From the NCBI RefSeq assembly GCF_052907605.1, contig NZ_CM128582.1: a DNA stretch of 32,000 nt; one strand, written 5' to 3'. A program made the position numbers and the translations under genes. Below the pieces are notes generated by a model. It did no database searches. It was given only the letters and a program-made list of their open reading frames with translations, and had not been told where the DNA came from. Below, one piece after another: positions 1 to 14,477 of the stretch (the first letter of the stretch is position 1; every line of letters begins with the position of its first letter).

Positions 1-1329
1 AGCATGTCCAGGTGCATGAGGTGGTGTGAAGCCATAGCGCTCACCCAGGCGAGCCAGAAACTCTGCAGACGGTTTCTCGGTGATACCGACGGTTCGGTCG
101 CCCTGTACATTAGAGTGACCACGTAGTGGGCAGATACCCGCACCAGGCTTGCCAATGTTACCTTTCATCAACAGCAAATTGACCAGTTGCTGTACGTTCT
201 GGGTACCATGTTCGTGCTGAGTGATCCCCATTCCGTAACAGATAATGGTGCGTTCGGCAGCGGCATATGCATCAGCCAGTTCGGCGATTTGAGTCTGACT
301 TAATCCAGAAATACGTTCGATATCTTTCCACTCGGAATTGAGAACGTCACGGCGTAGCTCGTCAAAGCCGACGGTATGCGTTTGAATAAATTCGTCATCC
401 AGCAATGAGGGCCGACCTGCGGCGCTTGCAGCATCATCGCGCTCAATTAACAGGCGCATCATCCCCTTGAGCAACGCCATATCGCCACCAATGCGCACGT
501 TATAGTAGGCACTAGCCAACTGAGTCTCAGAGTTCGTCAGCATTTCAAACGGGTTTTGCGGTGCGGTAAATCGCTCCAGGCCACGTTCCTGTAGAGGATT
601 GATGGCGATCATTTTCGCTCCCCGTTTCACTAAAGCGCGCAACGAAGTCAGCATGCGGGGGTGGTTTGTACCAGGGTTATGCCCAATGCAAATGACTAAA
701 TCGCACTTCTCAAAGTCTTCCAGCAACACAGTCCCTTTACCCACACCGATACTCGCTGCCAAACCCACACTGGTCGGTTCATGGCACATGTTGGAGCAGT
801 CGGGAAAGTTATTGCTCCCGTATTCACGGGCAAAAAGCTGATAAAGAAAGGCAGCTTCATTGGAAGTGCGGCCCGAAGTATAGAATTCAACCTGATTGGG
901 ATCACTATAGCTTTGAAGGCGTGCGCCAATTTCGTCGAAAGCTTGTTGCCAGCTTAATGGCTTGTAACAGTCGCTGACAGCATCATATTTCAAAGGCTGA
1001 GTGAGACGTCCCGCAGCCTCAAGCTCGTGATCTCCCCAGGTAAGTAATGATTGAACCGTATTCTCAGCAAAGAAAGAGGCATTTACCTGCTTATCCGTGA
1101 CTTCCCAGGCGATTGCTTTTGCGCCGTTTTCACAAATGTCGAATGACGCACTGTGCTTAGGATCTGGCCATGCACAACCCGGACAGTCAAAGCCCTCTGG
1201 CTTATTCATGTCAAACATGGCAATAACATCCTGGCGTATATCCATCTGCTTACGTACTGCATTTGCTACGGATTTAACAGCACCCCAACCACCGGCAGCT
1301 CCCTGGTAGGATTCAATTTTTTTCTTCAT
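1..1329 (-). CDS. ydeP: YdeP, molybdopterin/formate-dehydrogenase-like oxidoreductase. N-terminal 443 codons only; the 3' end lies beyond the window start.
   Basis: Uninterrupted minus-strand frame from ATG at 1327-1329 to the window edge. It is absent from the ORF track because it has no stop in the window. Hand translation gives [30 protein letters not shown]...[13 protein letters not shown]...[12 protein letters not shown]...[13 protein letters not shown]. This shows a Cys-cluster and molybdopterin-oxidoreductase motifs and matches my memory of K-12 YdeP. Confidence 0.85.
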   Translation of the reverse strand, partial: MKKKIESYQGAAGGWGAVKSVANAVRKQMDIRQDVIAMFDMNKPEGFDCPGCAWPDPKHSASFDICENGAKAIAWEVTDKQVNASFFAENTVQSLLTWGDHELEAAGRLTQPLKYDAVSDCYKPLSWQQAFDEIGARLQSYSDPNQVEFYTSGRTSNEAAFLYQLFAREYGSNNFPDCSNMCHEPTSVGLAASIGVGKGTVLLEDFEKCDLVICIGHNPGTNHPRMLTSLRALVKRGAKMIAINPLQERGLERFTAPQNPFEMLTNSETQLASAYYNVRIGGDMALLKGMMRLLIERDDAASAAGRPSLLDDEFIQTHTVGFDELRRDVLNSEWKDIERISGLSQTQIAELADAYAAAERTIICYGMGITQHEHGTQNVQQLVNLLLMKGNIGKPGAGICPLRGHSNVQGDRTVGITEKPSAEFLARLGERYGFTPPHAPGHA

Positions 1330-1662
1330 CTGCTTATCCTGTGTGGAAATGAATTATTAGGATTTGTAATAGCGATGATGCACAGTATATACAAAGGGTT
1401 TATCGTCAACCTGGATATATAAGAGTAGGGGACTACTCTCTTTCTATTTTTACTCTATTATCGTTAAACAATAGATTAAATACGATAAGTTGAGCATCAT
1501 CTCTCATAGTGTTTAAATTAACATGTTTTTCAATATAAAAAATAAGATTCTGGCTTCAATTTTGCGCGGATATTCTTACAGGTGTAGGATAATAGCCTTC
1601 ACAAAATAATTATCCGCGCAATTTTCGTGAATGGAGCGCATAGACTAAGGTCAAAATCACAA

Positions 1663-2577
1663 TTATTCATAGATAAAAGTGACACCAATGACTGACTGGA
1701 CGGTTCCGGCTGAAACCTTGTTTCCTGTTTGTCCATAGGTTGCGCTTAAACCCAGAGGTACTTTGCTTTTATTTACTGTCCCCAGGGAGACATTTTCTCC
1801 CGTAGCCAGTATTTTTCCATTACGCATCAGAGAGACACCCACTCCCGATGCTTTTGTTGCATCAGGTGCTGTGTTAGCAAACACTTGTCGGGCACTGTCA
1901 GTGGTGGCACCCGAAAGATAAAATGAGAGCTTTTGTTCGCTTGAGCAATATACGCCAAGGGGTATTTCTGCGCTTCCAGGAAAGTCCGGGAGATTCACGG
2001 TGACATTACGACTATCAACAGTGCAGCCGCCTGTTGGCATAACAACACTGTTATTTGAAATAATATTCCACGTAAAATTACGCGGATTTCCGCTTCCTAA
2101 CGTGGCAATTTTATACATATGAATACGGGCAATAACTTCCCCGGCTTTTATGACAACTCCACCGGCCGCCCCGACTGGGGTAATATAGAGTTTTAACGGT
2201 AATGGCATCGGTGTCTTATCACCAATATCCAATACGTTGGTATTTGTCGTCAACGGGAAGGGGTAGGTCACACTATTCCAGTACAGCGATCCTTTATATG
2301 ACTGTAGGGAGCCTGCGAAAGCTGAGCCTTGTACCAGGTTTATATGATCAGTGTCGTACCAGCCGCCGTAATCATTCCAGCAACTTATATGCTGAGACAA
2401 GTCTACAACCAGATTCTGGCCCGGCTGTATTACAGGGTCGAGATTAACATAAACAGAGGTTGTACCTGCTCCAATACTTGACCCGCCATCGACATTACAA
2501 CTGAAGGCAAAAACTTTGCCTGCCATTAATAGAAGATAAATACCGAACAGGACCTTTATACTGATTGTTTTACCCAT
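1663..2577 (-). CDS. ydeQ: FimH-like fimbrial tip adhesin (F9/Yde fimbriae)
   Basis: 304-aa ORF with a signal peptide ([24 protein letters not shown]), a FimH-like lectin plus pilin domain and a C-terminal pilin beta-strand (GVTFIYE). It is the last gene of a chaperone-usher cluster. Confidence 0.85.
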   Translation of the reverse strand: MGKTISIKVLFGIYLLLMAGKVFAFSCNVDGGSSIGAGTTSVYVNLDPVIQPGQNLVVDLSQHISCWNDYGGWYDTDHINLVQGSAFAGSLQSYKGSLYWNSVTYPFPLTTNTNVLDIGDKTPMPLPLKLYITPVGAAGGVVIKAGEVIARIHMYKIATLGSGNPRNFTWNIISNNSVVMPTGGCTVDSRNVTVNLPDFPGSAEIPLGVYCSSEQKLSFYLSGATTDSARQVFANTAPDATKASGVGVSLMRNGKILATGENVSLGTVNKSKVPLGLSATYGQTGNKVSAGTVQSVIGVTFIYE

Positions 2578-2635
2578 GATATATCCTAAGGTTAAAAATT
2601 GATTTAAAAAGAAGGCTAAGAAAATCGAATCGACG

Positions 2636-3139
2636 TTATTGCCAGGTGTAGATCACATTGATTAGCGCCTCGATCGTTCCCTGGCTTGCGTTTCCATTCA
2701 CCGTGATAGCTCTTGCCTTAAGTGGAAACTGTGCATTACGAGTGATCTCATCAACAATAACCGTTTTGCTATCGCCATTTTTTAACGCAGCATCCTGGTC
2801 ATCCCTCAGCTCTATCTGAATATTTTCGGCAGTACCTTCATTTTTGTAATAACCCGTATTGTCAGTTGAATCTGTCACGATTGCCGTCACTGCACTTGTT
2901 TCAACCGGACAATCGGTTAATGACAAAGTAATATTGTGCCAGCCAGATGCAGAACCAGGTTGTTGCAGATTGCGCGTATAAAGATCCCCGAGATTAACGT
3001 TAGCTTCTTTGGTTTGAATAGTGCAGGGTTTAGCGACTACCCGACCATTAACAGTGATAGTGACATCGGCGGCCTGGAGAGTTGCTGTGAATAACGCGCA
3101 AAACGTAGCTAACAGGAACCTCTTGTGAAGTCTTTTCAT
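2636..3139 (-). CDS. ydeR: FimG-like minor fimbrial subunit
   Basis: 167-aa ORF with a signal peptide (…TLQA), the conserved pilin Cys pair and a C-terminal strand (INVIYTWQ). It sits between ydeS and ydeQ. Confidence 0.85.
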   Translation of the reverse strand: MKRLHKRFLLATFCALFTATLQAADVTITVNGRVVAKPCTIQTKEANVNLGDLYTRNLQQPGSASGWHNITLSLTDCPVETSAVTAIVTDSTDNTGYYKNEGTAENIQIELRDDQDAALKNGDSKTVIVDEITRNAQFPLKARAITVNGNASQGTIEALINVIYTWQ

Positions 3140-3151
3140 ATCTGACTCTGA

Positions 3152-3682
3152 TTATTGAAATTCAAGGGTAAAGGTTGCCGAAGCCCTCACCAGTCCCGGA
3201 TTGACGGACTTCTGAGTTGACTTCAGACGAGCGGAGTAAGGCAAAATATTGTTCTGTTCTGGTACCAGTGGGATCCACTGCATCCCGGCATGAAGATCAT
3301 TCAGTTTCACCGGACGCATATTTGCGTCCAATATTTCTATACCCAAACCGGAGGCCGTATTGCTTCCTTCATCCAGTTTCAACAAAGTATTATTTTCTGC
3401 ATCCTCAATACCGTTAAATGCAACCCGAACCCCCGTTGTCCCTTTGCTGCATTCACTTAACGTAATCTGAAAAGGGACGGCTGGACTTGTGCTACCGGTC
3501 GTTGGAAATTGTCTGGCACTGTTTTTTTGGAGATCTACGGTAAAATTAAGCGAATCCGATGAGACTGTGCAGCCATAATCGAGGACGCGCCCGCTAATTT
3601 TAATAACGCTATCTGCGGATAAAGCAGAATAGGTGGTTAACCCCAGACATAAACCGAGGAAAATAATGTTATTGTATTTCAT
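3152..3682 (-). CDS. ydeS: FimF-like minor fimbrial subunit
   Basis: 176-aa ORF with a signal peptide, a pilin Cys pair and a C-terminal TFTLEFQ strand. It lies immediately downstream of the usher remnant. Confidence 0.85.
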   Translation of the reverse strand: MKYNNIIFLGLCLGLTTYSALSADSVIKISGRVLDYGCTVSSDSLNFTVDLQKNSARQFPTTGSTSPAVPFQITLSECSKGTTGVRVAFNGIEDAENNTLLKLDEGSNTASGLGIEILDANMRPVKLNDLHAGMQWIPLVPEQNNILPYSARLKSTQKSVNPGLVRASATFTLEFQ

Positions 3683-3695
3683 AATCTATTGTTCC

Positions 3696-4919
3696 TTAGC
3701 GACAGATTGCTGTCTGCTGGTTCAGTAAGGTACCAGGAGAAACTTCAGGAAGCTTGTACTCGACAATACAGTTTGAGTTTTTATCTTTGCCCCATGAAAC
3801 CTGTAATTTCCCTGACTGTGGAAGTCCAGTCAGATAAACCTGACCGTTTTCCGCGACAATGCTGCCATTTTTATTCTCTCCGTGTGTGACAATTGCACCG
3901 AATGGAACGCTTTTATTACCGTACTTCAACGTCATTAATACTTTCCCGCCGATTTGTGCATTAAATGTTGCTCTGGCAATAGCACCGTGAGTTGGGATGA
4001 CAGTGACTACGGTTTCATCCAGTTCAACATTATCTGCAAGGGAATTCGCGTTAAGAGCGACACGATTTTCTCTATATTCTGTCGCAAATGGTAATATTGC
4101 ATAGCCACGCCAGTCGGTATGAATTCCGGTCTGGTTCTCTATTTTGACATTATCAGCGCCAGGAGCCTTAACTAGAACCATTGTGTCGCCCAGCGGCTGT
4201 CCAAAGGTGATGCCATCAGCATGAGCAATAATCCCACCACTCATTCCGTAATAAATCTGGCTGCTGTCACCACTCCGACTGTAACCGACATTCGTATTAC
4301 CGTAAGCTCCACGATAATTAAGAGAACTGTAACCACTGGTGCCAGACGATGTATTACCCCCTTGGGTGTTACCGACCTGAACGCTATAATTCAGGTTATT
4401 ATCCGGCAGCAGAGTGCCATAAACCCCCGATAGATTGGTCATGCCGCCTTTCAAATCGTTTGACATACTGTAACTGGCATTTGAATTACGAAATGCCGAC
4501 TGACTGTCTGTACGCATCCAATGACTAAAGGGAACATTAAGCGTAAAAGCGAGTAAATGATCCCGATCGTTTTGCCATATATTATTGGAATAGCTGTAAT
4601 TCAGCGAAGTCGTAATATCACCAAACGGCACATTTAATCCAAATGATATTTGCTGGTCGCTGCGTGACGTGTTCCAGTAACTTTGGCGACTGGCACTGAA
4701 AAATGTCGTACCGTAATTTCCAAGCTGCTGAGAGATGCTTATTTGTTCCTGACCACGCTTACTGTAGAACAGATTAAAATAATCAATAAATTGTGTCTGC
4801 TCATTGCTGTCTCCGGTAGGAGGCTTGACGGTGTAACCACTCATTCGACTGTATGCACTGTCGGATAAGTTATAAAAACCTTGCGTAGAATAGCGATATC
4901 CTGCGACCTGGATATTGGT
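3696..4919 (-). pseudogene. ydeT: FimD-like outer-membrane usher, C-terminal ~400 codons only (5'-truncated)
   Basis: The frame stays open upstream of the track's Met (4844) and reads ...NIQVAGYRYSTQGFYNLSDSAYSRMSGYTVK..., which is usher barrel sequence. An in-frame stop sits at 4932-4934. Usher-like sequence fades near 4919 (my estimate; no reference comparison). The missing parts are the signal peptide, the N-terminal domain, the chaperone gene and the major pilin gene. Confidence 0.8.
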
Positions 4920-5199
4920 TCCACAACAAGTTTATTGCTGCACTTGTTGAAGAGAGTATTTGCAAAAACATTTTATGTCGCTAAATAACATGACGATTTC
5001 ATTATGCATGTTATTTATAAACCGTGACTAAACAGAATATTATTGCGAACAAGGGAAGTGTCAGGAAAGGTCAAGAGCTACCAATGGTTAATATGGCTAT
5101 AAATCATTAGCTATGGTTAATGTTTGCTTGCTGAAACTAACACCGAATTGCTCTAAACAGATAAGTGCAGGGTTTATTAAAGCTGTCCGACAGACTTTC

Positions 5200-5379
5200 T
5201 TAACCTGGTAATATCTCTCTTGGGTGACTCTCCAAACATCCGCGAATATTCCCGACTGAAATGGGATAGCTTTCGTAACCGACAGCATAGGCTGCTGTGG
5301 TGACATCGTAATGTTCATTCAGCATCGGTCGCCTGACTTCATTGAGACGTAGCCATTTCTGATACCGGAGTGGACTCAT
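5200..5379 (-). pseudogene. yneL: AraC-family regulator fragment (C-terminal HTH remnant)
   Basis: Hand translation of the minus strand gives MSPLRYQKWLRLNEVRRPMLNEHYDVTTAAYAVGYESYPISVGNIRGCLESHPREILPG*. This carries the second AraC HTH signature (..AYAVGYES..) and is only 59 codons long. The 73-aa track ORF 5097-5318 is a different frame of the same remnant. Confidence 0.6.
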
Positions 5380-5592
5380 TCCCGCTTGATCCGTCCTTAA
5401 ATAAGTAACAGCACCCTCTGGTGTTTTCGTATGCAGTGTCTATGCGACAGACACTGCGCTCTTAGCATGGGGCAGGGAATAACCAGGCTATTTCTCCATG
5501 CACAGGCCAATTATGAAAGAGGAGAGGCTTAAGTTCTTGAACCCTGAACGAATAACGACTACCAGAAAAGCACTTCGCATCACTCAGATGCG

Positions 5593-5620
5593 ATTTAACA
5601 TAATATACATTATGCGCACT
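5593..5620. other. dif: dif, the XerCD chromosome-dimer resolution site; also the left junction of the prophage
   Basis: ATTTAACATAA-TATACA-TTATGCGCACT. This is the reverse complement of the E. coli dif I remember (GGTGCGCATAATGTATATTATGTTAAAT) in 27 of 28 positions; only the outermost XerC-arm base differs. Confidence 0.85.
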
Positions 5621-5673
5621 GACGTTGTGGTGGGTAAACTGAGATGCCGCGTCCTGATAATCCCGGTAGGCAC

Positions 5674-6891
<1,218 letters not shown>

Positions 6892-6920
6892 TTAAGTGCT
6901 GTTTTTCAGTCATGAAGATA

Positions 6921-7657
<737 letters not shown>

Positions 7658-7668
7658 TGTCCTCTGTC

Positions 7669-8880
<1,212 letters not shown>

Positions 8881-8882
8881 GA

Positions 8883-9239
8883 TTACCCCTTAAAAATAAC
8901 GCGATCAAACAGCATTTTAATTATTTTGTTTTTGTGCTGATAAGCATAAGCAGAAAACTCAGTGGCAAACACAATATTAACGCAGCGACTAATGTTGTCA
9001 GGTAAATAGCTAAAGCCCGTCCTGAGATAATCGTTAACAACACCAGAAGAAGAAACCAAATCAATAACCTCATTAGAAGACCGGATAAGCGTAACAAAAA
9101 GCCCCACCGAAAAAGTCACATAAGATAAAACCCTGAAATTATCTGAAACCCATGGAAGCAACTTCCCCAAAAAAGGCAAAAAACGCTTAAATGTCGCAAT
9201 GAAAAAAGCAACAAAGAACTGGATAAGCAAAGTAAACAA
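8883..9239 (-). CDS. Minor coat protein, pVI-like (by position and hydrophobicity)
   Basis: 118 aa and strongly hydrophobic; f1 pVI is 112 aa. It starts at TTG, with a GGGGG Shine-Dalgarno inside the end of the upstream gene (cagggggTAAcaTTG). Its stop lies 2 nt before the gene I ATG. Confidence 0.7.
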   Translation of the reverse strand: MFTLLIQFFVAFFIATFKRFLPFLGKLLPWVSDNFRVLSYVTFSVGLFVTLIRSSNEVIDLVSSSGVVNDYLRTGFSYLPDNISRCVNIVFATEFSAYAYQHKNKIIKMLFDRVIFKG

Positions 9240-9241
9240 TG

Positions 9242-10636
9242 TTACCCCCTGTCAACAAAAAGAACACGACGAACAATAAAGTAACAACGTAAAGTCGTTA
9301 ATGCATAAAGAGCATACTCCAGTAAAGGTCTGATAATGTCATCATAAGCTGAAGCAAAATCAGATGTGTCAATTGTAAAATACAGCCCATTTATCCCCGG
9401 CAATGGAAATTCAATCTGAACTGGCTGAGCACCAGAACGACGCAGTTCACCAGTTAAAAGTAATTTATCAAAATTAATATAAAGCCACTCATCAGGAAGA
9501 AGACTGAAAAGCCTGTCAGCAAATGAAGACATATCATCCTGTTCAGGCGTTACAGAATGAATTAATTCATTTAACTGTGAATCATAAGAACTAACCGCAC
9601 TGGTAATATCATCCTGAGAAACAGAAAAAGTATTATTTAAATCATTCACTGAACCCCATATTGTTTTTAACCAGCCCAAAATACCATCAAGCCAGCCATT
9701 GTCATCGCCGGATGAGCCACCGGAGCCTGAACCTGAACTACCGCTACCGGATGAACCACCGGAGCCAGAACCTGAACCACCACTGCCGGATGAGCCGCCG
9801 GAACCCGAGCCGGAGCCACCGCTACCGGATGAACCACCGGAGCCAGAACCTGAACCACCACTGCCGGATGAGCCGCCAGAACCCGAGCCGGAGCCACCGC
9901 TACCGGATGAACCACCGGAGCCAGAACCTGAACCACCACTGCCGGATGAACCGCCAGAGCCTGTCGTATTATCGCAATTGTCGTCGTCACAACCAGAGCC
10001 ACTCCCTGTATTGCCGTCAGGATTTTTATTGGCGGCAGCCACGCCAACAGAACGCATACTTTGAGCGATACAATTCCCGTCGTCATCACACTCGTTAAAA
10101 TCAATCAAATAACGACAGCCATTAATTTCCAGGGACTGAGATTCCTGCCCGTTACCCGTATCAACCCAGACAACATCACCAAGAGAATATGAAAAGTCCT
10201 TAATTACCGGACGGGAAAGACAATTTTCTTCGGTAACCGGCTTATTATATTCAGGTGTCAAATCCCCCTCACCACCCTGAAAAGCAAGGGTGCAGGCTGT
10301 CCACTTTTGCTTGTCTGAATCCCAGACTTTATATGCTGACCACCGGGCACGGACAAAAGACCCGACAGTCGAAGGTGCATTAACAGGCGTGGAAAGTGGC
10401 ACACCACAATAATGAATTATTCCGGAACATGCGTCATAATTGCCCGAACCACAGAAAAGATGACCGGCCGCCCTGGCTAATTTAATCGACGTCCCCGCGT
10501 CCGAATAATCTGTCCTGCAGGATGAATGGCCTGCACACTGAACAAGTGCATCCGGATTTTCTTTCTCTTCAGCGAAAGAAAACGAGGAAAAGAACAAAAA
10601 CAGAAGCGGAATAATAAAGTGAATCAAAAAAAACAC
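9242..10636 (-). CDS. Adsorption / minor coat protein, pIII-like
   Basis: 464 aa. The parts are a signal peptide (…FSSFSFA), a Cys-rich N-terminal domain, an 85-residue Gly/Ser linker, and a C-terminal domain with a hydrophobic anchor (YALYALTTLRCYFIV) and a basic tail. This is the classic g3p architecture. The start is GTG at 10636 or TTG at 10627, downstream of an AGGAG. Confidence 0.85.
   Translation of the reverse strand: MFFLIHFIIPLLFLFFSSFSFAEEKENPDALVQCAGHSSCRTDYSDAGTSIKLARAAGHLFCGSGNYDACSGIIHYCGVPLSTPVNAPSTVGSFVRARWSAYKVWDSDKQKWTACTLAFQGGEGDLTPEYNKPVTEENCLSRPVIKDFSYSLGDVVWVDTGNGQESQSLEINGCRYLIDFNECDDDGNCIAQSMRSVGVAAANKNPDGNTGSGSGCDDDNCDNTTGSGGSSGSGGSGSGSGGSSGSGGSGSGSGGSSGSGGSGSGSGGSSGSGGSGSGSGGSSGSGGSGSGSGGSSGSGSSGSGSGGSSGDDNGWLDGILGWLKTIWGSVNDLNNTFSVSQDDITSAVSSYDSQLNELIHSVTPEQDDMSSFADRLFSLLPDEWLYINFDKLLLTGELRRSGAQPVQIEFPLPGINGLYFTIDTSDFASAYDDIIRPLLEYALYALTTLRCYFIVRRVLFVDRG
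9707..9961 (-). repeat. In-frame tandem repeat encoding the Gly/Ser linker: (GGSSGSGGSGSGS) x6 plus a partial unit
   Basis: A 13-aa (39-bp) unit. At DNA level two codon variants alternate, giving a 78-bp higher-order period. The repeat explains the long spurious ORFs in the other frames and on the other strand here. Confidence 0.9.
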
Positions 10637-10648
10637 TCCTGGTATGAT

Positions 10649-10672
10649 TAAAAAAGCGCCCCGGAGGGCGCT
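10649..10672 (-). terminator. Rho-independent terminator immediately after the major coat gene
   Basis: The minus strand reads AGCGCCC-TCCG-GGGCGCT followed by TTTTTT. It lies 16 nt downstream of the coat gene stop. Ff phages have their strong terminator in the same position, after gene VIII. Confidence 0.8.
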
Positions 10673-10687
10673 GTCGTTAAATAACTA

Positions 10688-10948
<261 letters not shown>

Positions 10949-10954
10949 TTAAAA

Positions 10955-11125
10955 TTAATTAACAGCATCACTGAACATCCGGCAGACCAGAGTGAAAATA
11001 ACACCAAGACCAAAGCCAAGAAGCCAGCAGACAATCCAGACATAAAGAACGGACCAGTAAAGCTCCCCGTCCTGTACGCCAGAATTCAGTGCGGATAAAA
11101 CACCGCTGAAATCAAATTCAGTCAT
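10955..11125 (-). CDS. Small hydrophobic virion-tip protein candidate (pIX position)
   Basis: ATG at 11123-11125 overlaps the upstream stop (tattATGACTGA), which suggests translational coupling. It is 56 aa with one TM segment (VWIVCWLLGFGLGVIFTLV). The track ORF extends to a GTG at 11158 that has no SD. Confidence 0.55.
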   Translation of the reverse strand: MTEFDFSGVLSALNSGVQDGELYWSVLYVWIVCWLLGFGLGVIFTLVCRMFSDAVN

Positions 11126-11258
11126 AATAACGCTGAACAGTAATGCTTTGTGAGTCACAGGCGCGAATCAGTTTTATTCCGATGCCAAAACCTGAAGAAA
11201 ATAAAATCATTGCAGGCGCAGCAAATAAAACAAAGTTCAGAAAATCAGCGTCAGACAT
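11118..11258 (-). CDS. Small hydrophobic virion-tip protein candidate (pVII position)
   Basis: ATG at 11256-11258 lies 4 nt after the upstream stop (TGATGATATG). It is 46 aa with one TM segment (FLNFVLFAAPAMILFSSGFGIGI). The track ORF extends to a TTG at 11312, inside the upstream gene. Confidence 0.55.
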   Translation of the reverse strand: MSDADFLNFVLFAAPAMILFSSGFGIGIKLIRACDSQSITVQRYYD

Positions 11259-11262
11259 ATCA

Positions 11263-11688
11263 TCAGCCTTTTTCTTTACCTGCGGGCAGTGCACCCAGCG
11301 GCTGACCGTCAAAACGTTTCATGGAGCCGGAAATAAAACGATACCAGACACCATGACGTTCTGAGCCTGTCGACCATGAGTTAACATCCACCGTGAGATA
11401 AACAGGTTTGCCCTGCAAATCAGGACAGGAATTAAAAAATTTAAAATCCTCCTCAGTACAGGAAAAGCGCTCATGCTCCTCACGGCGGACTTTTAATTTT
11501 CGATCCTCATACGGATAGGCAATAACAATGGCATATTTGGGTTTAGCCTCAGGGTTATAATGAGTACCGCCGGGTTTTAACTCCTCATCATTTATGACAG
11601 TGGCGTGAATAAAATATCCCGCCATTGTCATGCCTGAGGTAAAACCCTCAGGGGAAGGAAACGGAAAACTGTCGTAAATTTGATTCAT
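11263..11688 (-). CDS. Hypothetical protein in the gene V position (candidate ssDNA-binding protein)
   Basis: 141 aa with a strong SD (GAGGAG-N7-ATG). It lies between Rep and the small coat genes. The function is inferred from synteny only; I recognise no motif. Confidence 0.6.
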   Translation of the reverse strand: MNQIYDSFPFPSPEGFTSGMTMAGYFIHATVINDEELKPGGTHYNPEAKPKYAIVIAYPYEDRKLKVRREEHERFSCTEEDFKFFNSCPDLQGKPVYLTVDVNSWSTGSERHGVWYRFISGSMKRFDGQPLGALPAGKEKG

Positions 11689-11718
11689 AAATCAGACTCC
11701 TCAATGTTAAAAATTCAG

Positions 11719-13833
<2,115 letters not shown>

Positions 13834-13866
13834 TTAAACTAAGCCAAAAGAACGGGAGAACAAAAA

Positions 13867-14055
13867 ATGAGCAGGAAAAGTATTGGTATAAGCAACGAGA
13901 GATATCTGAGAATAGAAAGAGCAGCCGTAGATATCACAGCCAAAACAGGAAAAGTCACAAAATGGTCGGAGATCGTGAATTATCTGATAGATGAATATTT
14001 AAACGATGCAAAACAAGATATGATTTCGAAAAATGAAATTACACAAAAAAAATAG
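13867..14055 (+). CDS. Small ribbon-helix-helix-like transcriptional regulator (candidate phage repressor, analogous in position to CTXphi RstR)
   Basis: 62 aa: MSRKSIGISNERYLRIERAAVDITAKTGKVTKWSEIVNYLIDEYL... An N-terminal beta-strand followed by two helices fits the Arc/MetJ/CopG pattern. It has a good SD (GGGAGA-N7-ATG) and is divergent from Rep. Confidence 0.65.
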   Translation: MSRKSIGISNERYLRIERAAVDITAKTGKVTKWSEIVNYLIDEYLNDAKQDMISKNEITQKK

Positions 14056-14146
14056 TAATCACAAAACGATTTGGCGATTGCTAGAAGAGCAAAAAGTACC
14101 ACCCGTGGTACAAAAGTGCAGTATTACATGATTGCTAAAAAGCAAT

Positions 14147-14302
14147 ATGCAGACAACCAGTGACTTAATTCTTGACCTGCTGATAAAGCATTTTGTTGTT
14201 GGCAGCATCACAGGCATGACAATATTCAGCCTGATAACGCTTGTCCTACCGTTGGTGATGACCATACACAACAAACTAAGTAAGGACACTGAAATCCTTT
14301 AA
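14147..14302 (+). CDS. Possible 51-aa single-TM protein (below the ORF-track size cut-off)
   Basis: Hand translation gives MQTTSDLILDLLIKHFVVGSITGMTIFSLITLVLPLVMTIHNKLSKDTEIL*. It is on the same strand as the regulator, but the SD is weak, so the call is speculative. Confidence 0.3.
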   Translation: MQTTSDLILDLLIKHFVVGSITGMTIFSLITLVLPLVMTIHNKLSKDTEIL

Positions 14303-14307
14303 GGTTC

Positions 14308-14401
14308 AGTGCGCACAATGACGTTATGTATAAAAAGGCCGCTGCGGTGGAGAGTATCGCAGCGGCCTTTTCAACATAACGCGTGTCACATTATGCGCAC
14401 T
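14308..14401. other. Phage attP region / right junction: two inverted dif-like sites separated by a GC-rich hairpin
   Basis: Site 1 is AGTGCGCACAA-TGACG-TTATGTATAAA (14308-14334). Site 2, on the opposite orientation, is ACATAACGCGT-GTCACA-TTATGCGCACT (14374-14401). Between them lies the hairpin AAAAGGCCGCTGCG-N11-CGCAGCGGCCTTTT. Confidence 0.75.
14333..14371 (-). terminator. Rho-independent terminator (bidirectional shape). In the circular phage genome it would lie just downstream of gene IV.
   Basis: A 14-bp stem, AAAAGGCCGCTGCG / CGCAGCGGCCTTTT, with an 11-nt loop. The minus strand continues with TTTTTA. Confidence 0.7.
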
Positions 14402-14477
14402 AATATAAACCAAGGAAGAATCCAGTCGTTGGCGGTCATGATTGTCATGCTCATTAACAATGACCAAACCCCATATC

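Noticed and set aside
9661-10104. Three 121-145-aa ORFs in alternative frames or on the opposite strand over the pIII Gly/Ser repeat (PEPEP and HRSQNLNH repeats)
   Set aside because: These are artefacts of a low-complexity GGN/AGY repeat, which lacks stops in other frames. The pIII frame is the only one with a signal peptide, flanking domains and phage synteny.
14059-14289. 76-aa minus-strand ORF between the RHH gene and attP
   Set aside because: It has no SD and a Cys/Ser/Leu-rich composition. It runs through the minus-strand terminator-like palindrome at 14094-14109 and lies antisense to a more plausible small TM ORF.
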